Part shown: positions 56,761 to 64,000 of the stretch, piece by piece | Layout: each line of letters begins with the position of its first letter | Position numbering within the stretch: the first letter of the stretch is position 1 | DNA from: Ignavibacteriales bacterium | GTDB taxonomy: Bacteria > Bacteroidota > Ignavibacteria > UBA10030 > UBA6906 | Assembly (NCBI GenBank): GCA_037441705.1 | Contig: JBBIRR010000008.1 | Location: forward strand, 23,925-87,924 | Direction: 5' to 3' | Length of the DNA: 64,000 nucleotides | Notes under the pieces: model-generated | Database searches by the model: none | The model's input: the letters and a program-made list of their open reading frames with translations, nothing else | Told to the model about the DNA's origin: nothing | Position numbers and translations under genes: made by a program

Positions 56761-59700
56761 GTGAGCATCCTGGTTCCAAACCTTCTCCACCGCCCCGTCG
56801 CCGTCAGCATGATATGCGGTGCGGTGGTGCTTGCCGGACTCTTCGCCTTCACGCGGCTTCCCATCGAACTTGCCCCGTCGATTGATTTCCCGAGTCTCAC
56901 GATTAACACGTCGTGGGGCAGCACATCTCCCGAAACGGTTGAGCAATTCGTCACCGCTCCGATCGAAGAAGTGGTGAACACCGTCGCCGGTGTAAAGAAT
57001 GTTCGCTCGCGTTCTTCCGAAGGCCGCTCGTCGGTGGATGTGGAGTTTGAACAGGGAACGGATATGAGTTTCGCGCGGCTCGAGTTGTACGAGAAGTTGG
57101 CCGCGCTCGCCGAGACATTTCCTGCCGGCGTTCGCTCGCCGCAGATCGCCCCGTATGTGCCGGAAGATTTCAAGGAACTGCAAGGATTTCTTACATTCGC
57201 TCTGTCATCGGACTTGAATGCTGCCGCGCTGCGAACGTACGCGATGGAACGCATTGTGCCCGGACTCATGTCCGTCAAGGGGGTCTCGCGCGTCGAAATC
57301 CTCGGCGGGGAAGAGCGCGAACTGCATGTGCTTCTTGATCCGAAGCGAGTCACCGCAGCCGGATTGACCGTTGATGCCGTTCTTGCCGAACTGCGTGATG
57401 TGGAGTTCAGCGCACCGGTGGGGATGGTGCACGAGGGCACAGCGAGAATGATTCTCGCCGTCAGCAACACGAACGCACGCACGGACGACATTCTCGACCT
57501 TCCGCTGTGCGTGAAAGGAAGCGCGCTGCTGCGGCTGCGCGATGTGGCGACCGTACGTGATACGATCGCTGAAACACGCAGCATCTACCGCATTGACGGC
57601 AGACCTTCCATCACACTTGTCGTTGACAAAGAGCCGCATGTCAACACCATCGAAGTCGCCGACCGGGTGCTTGCCCGTCTGAAGGAGCTTGTCGCTGCGT
57701 TCCCGGGCAATCTCTCATTCACAAAAGTCGTGGACAAGAGCGAGCAGATGCGCGAGGAGTTGGAGAATTTGCGACGGGAGGTCTTCTTCTCGATTCTCTG
57801 CATCTGGCTTGTAATGGTAGTGGCATTGGGAAATTTACGCGCTCCGCTGGTGCTTATGTCCTCGCTCGTCATTTCTCTTGCCGGGACGCTGCTCGTGTTC
57901 TGGCTGCTCGGCCTCAGCCTGCATTTGCTGACGCTGGCGGGCCTCGTTCTCGGCTTCGGACGCGTGGTGGATGATTCGATTGTCGTACTTGACAACATTC
58001 AGCGGCGTAGCGCAGGGATGGTCACTGATGGCGGTATCGTTCACGCGGTCGCACAGGTTCGGCTTCCCGTCATCGCCTCGACCATCACAACGGTGGGCGC
58101 GCTGCTGCCGATTGCATTTCTGCCTCCGGACTTGAAGCCGTACTTCCGTGAGTTCGGCCTTGCAGTCGGGATTGCGTTGGTGATGTCGTTGTTCGTCTCG
58201 TTCACCATCATTCCGGTGATGATTCGCAACGCGCCGGACGCACTGAAAACGAGCGGACGATTCGATGCACAAGGCGATCGTATTCTTTCTGCTTACCGCC
58301 ACGTGCTGAGCTGGTGTTTGCGTTGGCGGAAGAGTGTGCTTGCCGTTGTTGTGCTTGCGTTCGGCTTGCCTGTGTGGCTCTTGCCGGAGCGGATTGATGC
58401 GGACCATCTTCCGGCTCGCATCTACAACCTTGTCTTTTCCAGTGAACCTGTCATCGCTGCACGCCCCTCCATCAACATGCTGCTCGGCGGAGCGTTGCAT
58501 CTTTTCTCTACAAAAGTCATGAAAGGTGAAGTGTGGGAATGGGGGAACGAGACGTATCTTGTTGTCCGCGTGGGATTTCCGCAAGGGACGGAGCTTCAGC
58601 GATACGATGACGTTGCGCGCCTCGTCGAGCGTGAAGTGCAGGCCGCGCCTGAAGGCGTAAGCCGCATGACAACGCGCGTTGTTGACGATTATGCTTCCGT
58701 TCGAGTAGACTTCGATGAGAAGTCTGCAATGACTGCACTGCCGTACGTGATGAAGAACCGTCTGACGGTACTTGCGGCACAAACGGGCGGCGCCACGATT
58801 TCGGTGGCGGGATTCGGTCCGGGGTTCTACTCCGGCGGCGAATCGGCCCCGACCTTTTACGTCAAGGTGTTAGGATACAACTACACGAAAGTGAAAGAGC
58901 TTGCCGAGCAGTTCAAGCAGAAGCTGGAACGCAATCCGCGCATTGCCGACGTTGATATTGACCGGACGTTCGGCCGCTGGCCGAAATCTACAGAAGTGGT
59001 GATGCGTTTTGATCGCGACGCGATCGCCGCGCATCATCTCACTGTTGCCGACCTCATGCCGTGGGTTGGCAGTATGACGCGCGGAACGGTGGATTGGCAC
59101 ACCTTCACGCTCGGAGGCGAGCGTCTTCCGCTGCTCGCGAAAATACAAGGGTTCGATTCCGCATCTGTTCAAGACATCTCGCGCGAACGGATTGTGAATG
59201 CGCGCAGCGAAATAGTGCCGCTCGGAACGCTCATCAGACTCGACGAGCAGCGCGTGATGTCGCAGATAACGCGTGAGAACCAGCAGTATGTGCGGTGGAT
59301 TTCCTTCGAGTACAGGGGACCGTACCGGTACGGCGATCAGTTCGTCGAATCCACCATCAACGCAATGACGCTGCCGCACGGCTACAAGTTCGACAGATCG
59401 TTTACGTGGTTCATCCTTTCCGAACGCGACAAAAGCTCAATGCTCTGGCTTGCCCTTGTGGCCCTGTTGATCGTCTTCATCGTCACTGCCGCGCTCTATG
59501 AGTCGTTCACCAAACCGTTCCTCGTTATCCTCACCGTGCCGCTGTCGCTGATCGGGTTGTTCCTCGCGTTTTATTGGACGGACACGCCTTTTGGCCGCGG
59601 GGGATACGCTTCCGTCATGTTGTTGATGGGAATTGTCGTCTCGAACGCGATTCTTCTGATTGATTACGTTGCGAAGCGTTTTCAATCACACCCGGCTTCG

Positions 59701-59922
59701 GTGGACGAACTTGTGCTTGCCTCGGCCGACCGGCTTCGTCCGATTCTGATGACCTCGATGACCACCATCGGTGCGTTGCTTCCTCTCTTACTCTGGAGCG
59801 CCCGATCGAGTGTGTGGTACTCGCTTGCCCTCGGAACGATCGGAGGGCTGCTCTCCTCAACTCTCCTGACTCTTCTTGTTGTGCCGACAGTGCTTGCGGT
59901 CGTGTACAAGGTGCGGTCGTAG
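56761..59922 (+). CDS. RND permease 2 (AcrB/AcrD/AcrF family)
   Basis: RPVA, SPETVE.FVT.PIE, VVDDSIVV, RLRPILMTS; 1053 aa. Confidence 0.95.
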   Translation: MSILVPNLLHRPVAVSMICGAVVLAGLFAFTRLPIELAPSIDFPSLTINTSWGSTSPETVEQFVTAPIEEVVNTVAGVKNVRSRSSEGRSSVDVEFEQGTDMSFARLELYEKLAALAETFPAGVRSPQIAPYVPEDFKELQGFLTFALSSDLNAAALRTYAMERIVPGLMSVKGVSRVEILGGEERELHVLLDPKRVTAAGLTVDAVLAELRDVEFSAPVGMVHEGTARMILAVSNTNARTDDILDLPLCVKGSALLRLRDVATVRDTIAETRSIYRIDGRPSITLVVDKEPHVNTIEVADRVLARLKELVAAFPGNLSFTKVVDKSEQMREELENLRREVFFSILCIWLVMVVALGNLRAPLVLMSSLVISLAGTLLVFWLLGLSLHLLTLAGLVLGFGRVVDDSIVVLDNIQRRSAGMVTDGGIVHAVAQVRLPVIASTITTVGALLPIAFLPPDLKPYFREFGLAVGIALVMSLFVSFTIIPVMIRNAPDALKTSGRFDAQGDRILSAYRHVLSWCLRWRKSVLAVVVLAFGLPVWLLPERIDADHLPARIYNLVFSSEPVIAARPSINMLLGGALHLFSTKVMKGEVWEWGNETYLVVRVGFPQGTELQRYDDVARLVEREVQAAPEGVSRMTTRVVDDYASVRVDFDEKSAMTALPYVMKNRLTVLAAQTGGATISVAGFGPGFYSGGESAPTFYVKVLGYNYTKVKELAEQFKQKLERNPRIADVDIDRTFGRWPKSTEVVMRFDRDAIAAHHLTVADLMPWVGSMTRGTVDWHTFTLGGERLPLLAKIQGFDSASVQDISRERIVNARSEIVPLGTLIRLDEQRVMSQITRENQQYVRWISFEYRGPYRYGDQFVESTINAMTLPHGYKFDRSFTWFILSERDKSSMLWLALVALLIVFIVTAALYESFTKPFLVILTVPLSLIGLFLAFYWTDTPFGRGGYASVMLLMGIVVSNAILLIDYVAKRFQSHPASVDELVLASADRLRPILMTSMTTIGALLPLLLWSARSSVWYSLALGTIGGLLSSTLLTLLVVPTVLAVVYKVRS

Positions 59923-59991
59923 GTGGGGTTATCCTTGCAGATACCAGCGCATTTACTTTTCTTACACACGAAAATTTCAGATGTTCTCAGT

Positions 59992-60990
59992 ATGAAAGCA
60001 ATGGTTCTCGAATCCCGGGCGGCACCCTTCGTGATGCGAGACGTCCCCACGCCGTCCTTGAACAGCGGCGACGTTCTCATCAAGCTCAAAGCCTCCGCCC
60101 TCAATCACCGCGATTACTACATTCAGCAGGGCACGTATCCTCGCACGAAGTATCCCATCATTGTCGGGTCGGACGGCGCGGGCGTCGTGGAAGCCGTTGG
60201 AGCAGATGTTTCGCCTGCACTCGTCGGCTCGGAGGTCATTATCAATCCTGCGCACGATTGGGGAGACAATCCAAACGTCCAGCAAAAGGACTTCAAGGTC
60301 CTCGGCTTCCCTGACAACGGAACTCTTGCCGAATACATTGCCGTGCCTGCGCGGTACGTGCAGCCCAAACCGCGGCACCTGACATTCGAAGAAAGCGCGG
60401 CGGTTGCGCTCGTCGGCTTAACCGCCTACCGTGCGTTGTTTACGCGCGGCAAACTCCAGCGCGGCGAAACAGTTCTCGTCACCGGCATCGGCGGGGGTGT
60501 GGCTGTAACGGCGATGCAGTTCGCGCTTGCTGTCGGTGCGAGAGTGTGGGTCACGTCAGGGTCCGATGAGAAGATCAAGAGGGCGATGGCGATGGGTGCA
60601 GACGGCGGTGTGAATTACCAGGCTACCGGCTGGGGCGATGAGTTGAAGAAGCGTGCCGGGGGTTTCGATGTGATCGTTGACGGTGCAGCCGGAGCCGGCT
60701 TTGCAAACCTTCTGGATGTTGCGGCCGCAGCAGGACGCATTGTGATCTACGGTTCGGTACAGGGGAAAATTCAGAACGCCGAAGCTGCGCGCATCTACTG
60801 GAAGCAGCTTTCTATTCTCGGCTCGACGATGGGAACGGAAGAGGAGTTTGCCGCGATGCTGCAGTTCCTCGAAACGCATTCCATCAGGCCGGTGATTGAT
60901 AGTGTGTACTCGCTGGTGGATGCGGAGAAAGCGATGCAACGGCTATCGAGCGGTAAGCAGTTTGGGAAAGTGGTATTGAAGAATGAGTAG
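59992..60990 (+). CDS. MDR-family NADPH:quinone oxidoreductase (zinc-binding dehydrogenase family)
   Basis: ALNHRD, GSDGAG, TAYRAL, VLVTGIGGGVA, GSTMG, FGKVVL. Confidence 0.9.
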   Translation: MKAMVLESRAAPFVMRDVPTPSLNSGDVLIKLKASALNHRDYYIQQGTYPRTKYPIIVGSDGAGVVEAVGADVSPALVGSEVIINPAHDWGDNPNVQQKDFKVLGFPDNGTLAEYIAVPARYVQPKPRHLTFEESAAVALVGLTAYRALFTRGKLQRGETVLVTGIGGGVAVTAMQFALAVGARVWVTSGSDEKIKRAMAMGADGGVNYQATGWGDELKKRAGGFDVIVDGAAGAGFANLLDVAAAAGRIVIYGSVQGKIQNAEAARIYWKQLSILGSTMGTEEEFAAMLQFLETHSIRPVIDSVYSLVDAEKAMQRLSSGKQFGKVVLKNE

Positions 60991-61110
60991 CTGCCTTCTG
61001 TTCGCCCTTTGAAACATTGCCGTCTTCTCTCCGTTTAACCTTCCACGTATCAAAGAAACTCGTCCGGGCATTCCGGGACGACACGTACATTCACATCACG
61101 GGACCAAGAA

Positions 61111-61578
61111 ATGGTGGAGGAATTCATCAATGTTCTTCATATTCTCGCAACTGCCGTCTGGATTGGTGGCGCGTCGTTCGTGCATTTCATTCTGAAACCG
61201 GCCTCGCGTGCGATCGACGCGCAGCAGGCGGGCAAGCTGTTTGGGCTTGTCGCTCAACGCTTCTCGAAGGTAGCATGGGGAAGCATCATCACTCTTCTGA
61301 TCACCGGGTATCTGAAAACACCCAACGGACTGATGTTCGACACGTCGTCCGAGATGGGAGTGATGCTGACGATCAAGCACATTCTGGTGGCGGGAGTCCT
61401 TGTCGTTGGATTGACGATCGGGTTGTATGTTGTGCCCAAGATGCAGAAAGCGGCGCCGAAGCCGGGTGAAGCGCCGTCGGCGACGTTCATCGGATATCAA
61501 AACAAACTCAACACGTTTGCCTCTCTCAACCTCGTCCTGGGCGTTCTGGTGGTGATCGTTGCATCGATGTTGTGGTAA
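61111..61578 (+). CDS. CopD/DUF4149-like 4-TM membrane protein
   Basis: LHIL...WIGG motif, TG and K motifs, four TMs. Confidence 0.65.
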   Translation: MVEEFINVLHILATAVWIGGASFVHFILKPASRAIDAQQAGKLFGLVAQRFSKVAWGSIITLLITGYLKTPNGLMFDTSSEMGVMLTIKHILVAGVLVVGLTIGLYVVPKMQKAAPKPGEAPSATFIGYQNKLNTFASLNLVLGVLVVIVASMLW

Positions 61579-61591
61579 AATTCCGAGGAGG

Positions 61592-62980
61592 TTACTTCCT
61601 GTACTTCGAAATAAACTCCTCTACCTCCGGAACGCCGCCTTGAAAAATGAGATAGCCGTTGCTCGGCTCGCGCTCGGTGATTTCGCCGGCTATCGGCGTC
61701 AGCATGATCTCTTTCACTTTCTCTAAGTCATTCGTCTGTCCTAACGCCCACCCCAATTTCACGTAGGCGACTTCGGGCAGCATGTTCGCGGCCGGGACGA
61801 CGCCCAGCTCCATCATGTCGCGGCCCGTGTCGTACACGTACATCTGAACGTAGCCCCACAGCGTCTGCACCGTCATGTACACGGCGATGCCCTTGTCCTG
61901 TGCGCGCTTCAGCGCCGGATAGAGCGGCTTGTTGACGTGGCCAAGTCCTGTGCCTGCAATGACGATGCCGCGATAGTTGTTGTCGATGAGCGCGTCCAGA
62001 ATATCGGGCCGCATGTTGGGATAGTAATACACGATCGCCACCATCTCTTCGAACGCAGTATTGAGGATGACGTTCGTGTCCGTCCTTCGACGGTTGTAGT
62101 CCTGCCGCAGCGGCTTGATGAATTCTCTGCTGACCATGGCGATAGGAATGTCGCCGATGGTGCGGAACGTGGAGCGGTAGCTGGAGTGCATCTTGCGCAC
62201 GCGGGTGCCGCGGTGCAGCAATCCGTACTCGTCGGAGGTCGGCCCGAACATACACACCATCACCTCGGCGATGTCGCTTTCCGCCGCGGTTTTTACGCTG
62301 TGCATCAGGTTCAGCGCCGCGTCGGACGACGGCCTGTCGCTCGAGCGCTGCGAGCCGACCATCACGATCGGGATGGGCGAGTTCTGAACCATGAAAGAAA
62401 GGATTGCCGCCGTGTGATGCATCGTGTCCGTGCCGTGTCCGATGACGATGCCGTGCACCCCTTTCGTGATCTCTCGCGCAATGGCCTCTGCCGTTCCCTT
62501 CCATTGTTCGGGACCCATATTTTCGCTGAACACGCCGTAGAGTTTCTCGGTTTCGAGGTTGCAGATGTCTGCAAGCTCGGGCACCGAGCCGTACAACTCG
62601 CCGGGTGAGAATGCCGGAATCACCGCGCCCGTTCTGTAATCGAGCCTGCTGGCGATCGTTCCGCCCGTCCCTAGAAGTTTCACCTTGGGTTTCTTCGGGT
62701 CGTACGGGAATTCCTTCTCGGGGATTTTGTAGCGCGCCTCCTTGCGGCCGCCGACTCTGATCGCGCGGATGCGGCGTGCGGCGATGCCGATGTTGTAGCC
62801 GACGCGTAGCTTGAGAACGATGTGATGCGGATCGGCTGTTTCCGAGCGAGGAAGAACGATGCCCGAAAACGTTCCGGTGTCTGTCGAAATCTCGACGTCA
62901 CTCCACACCTCCGCGTTGTGGCGTTTCAGCGTTTCGAGTGCCTCGCCGCGGTAGCCTTTGTACGCCTCACCGGTACTCAT
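61592..62980 (-). CDS. gatD: Glu-tRNA(Gln) amidotransferase subunit D (archaeal-type)
   Basis: GatD N-domain HIVLKLRVGYNIGI; asparaginase motifs TGGTIASRLDYRTGAV, HGTDTM; GSQRSSDRPSSDA; RKMHS; MLPEVAYVKLGWALG. Confidence 0.93.
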   Translation of the reverse strand: MSTGEAYKGYRGEALETLKRHNAEVWSDVEISTDTGTFSGIVLPRSETADPHHIVLKLRVGYNIGIAARRIRAIRVGGRKEARYKIPEKEFPYDPKKPKVKLLGTGGTIASRLDYRTGAVIPAFSPGELYGSVPELADICNLETEKLYGVFSENMGPEQWKGTAEAIAREITKGVHGIVIGHGTDTMHHTAAILSFMVQNSPIPIVMVGSQRSSDRPSSDAALNLMHSVKTAAESDIAEVMVCMFGPTSDEYGLLHRGTRVRKMHSSYRSTFRTIGDIPIAMVSREFIKPLRQDYNRRRTDTNVILNTAFEEMVAIVYYYPNMRPDILDALIDNNYRGIVIAGTGLGHVNKPLYPALKRAQDKGIAVYMTVQTLWGYVQMYVYDTGRDMMELGVVPAANMLPEVAYVKLGWALGQTNDLEKVKEIMLTPIAGEITEREPSNGYLIFQGGVPEVEEFISKYRK

Positions 62981-63999
62981 CGCCCAAGTTCCTCCGCAAT
63001 CTGTTCCGCAGCAATCGTGTGTTCTATTCTTCCTCTGAGTCTGTTCATCACGAGTCCCATGAGAATCTCTCGTTTCTTTTCCGGGTGATGGATGTTCATT
63101 CGATTCAGTGACATGATGGCTTCACCGATGGTGGTGTGGAGTTCTTCCGCCGAGCACGGGGCAGGCAACAACTCCTCAGTGAAGCGGCCGTGGCGAGCCA
63201 TCTCTCGCAAAACATAGTAGATGGCATCCTTCGGGATTCTTCCTTGCTTGTATGCTGCGATGAGGCATTGCACCATCGTTTCATCCACCAATGCGGCGTT
63301 GAAGCCTTCTCTCTTCAGACGTTTTGGATACTGGATCAGAATCGCTGCTGCGAGTTGTGGCAGGATGTGCCCTTCGTTGATGAGCGATTCGAACAGCGGC
63401 GCAAAACGGGACACGGCAAGCGATGGCACAAGGTCTTCGGGCACGCCGAGCGAGCGGTAGCGATCCTCTCTGTTCCAGAAATCCAGCGGCAGCGTTGCGC
63501 GTATCCGCGCACGGCGTTCCTCGGTGATGCGGATAGGCGGAAGATCGGTGTCGGGGTACATTCTGTCGGCGCCGGGAAGGATGCGCTCGAAGCCGTTGGT
63601 GCCGTCGCGCAGCGCCTGACGCGTTTCGGAAGGAACGCCGATGGTTGCCTCTCTCGCTCGAATGATAACCTCCTTCGCACCGGTGATAGCATCCTGGGCG
63701 TTGCCCCACACCAGAACGAGCGTGTCGTCGTCGGTCGCACCGACCGCTTTCTTGATTGACTGCCACTCCGCCGTGGAGAGCGATTCACTCGGGCTGTCGG
63801 AATGCAGGATGTTGGGAAGCGTGGTGAGACAGGCGATGACGCGCACGCGGTCGGAGATTTCTTTGGAGAAGTACGTGCCGGTTTGGGTTTGCCAGCGCAA
63901 CAGGCCACGGAAGCCGCGGAGAACGACACACTGGACGAGCATGTTGCTTGCAAGCGCATCCTGCAGCGGCTGGTATTTCGTTCTGCGCAGCAGTTTCGT
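62977..63999 (-). CDS. gatE: Glu-tRNA(Gln) amidotransferase subunit E, 5'-truncated by window edge
   Basis: GAD-type insert (HSD) then GVPSETRQALRDGTNGFERILPGADRMYPDTDLPP; C-terminal LMGLVMNRLRGR; 4-nt overlap with gatD. Confidence 0.9.
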   Translation of the reverse strand, partial: TKLLRRTKYQPLQDALASNMLVQCVVLRGFRGLLRWQTQTGTYFSKEISDRVRVIACLTTLPNILHSDSPSESLSTAEWQSIKKAVGATDDDTLVLVWGNAQDAITGAKEVIIRAREATIGVPSETRQALRDGTNGFERILPGADRMYPDTDLPPIRITEERRARIRATLPLDFWNREDRYRSLGVPEDLVPSLAVSRFAPLFESLINEGHILPQLAAAILIQYPKRLKREGFNAALVDETMVQCLIAAYKQGRIPKDAIYYVLREMARHGRFTEELLPAPCSAEELHTTIGEAIMSLNRMNIHHPEKKREILMGLVMNRLRGRIEHTIAAEQIAEELGR

Positions 64000-64000
64000 G

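Overview
Bacterial window, probably Ignavibacteria/Bacteroidota-Chlorobi (inferred from a T9SS C-terminal sorting domain and a PorV-like gene). In order: two Na+-coupled amino-acid transporters, pfkA, and a carB split into two same-frame genes by an inserted Spy/CpxP-like gene. Next come an sxtIJK-like carbamoyltransferase trio and an SGNH protein. A ~25 kb Wzx/Wzy exopolysaccharide locus follows, with a GH9 paralogue near each end; it carries a partner-switching module (WecB/TagA glycosyltransferase fused to 2 STAS domains, PP2C phosphatase, free STAS), a degenerate nucleotidyltransferase-phosphoglycosyltransferase fusion and, beside it, a degenerate sigma54 activator. Then come rhodanese/persulfide dioxygenase, EVE and CNNM genes. 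The most striking part (43.5-59.9 kb) is an MFP-RND-RND efflux operon interrupted by three related cassettes. Each cassette starts with a G-tract and the same 13-bp-period operator abutting a sigma70 promoter. Two encode a secreted Cys-rich micro-protein followed by a beta-propeller lipoprotein; the third has a propeller but no such peptide. MauE-like, thioredoxin-like, TPR, stand-alone AraC and TA genes and a duplicated RND 5' end are also present. The window ends in archaeal-type gatD/gatE. All calls come from reading motifs by eye; no database searches were run.
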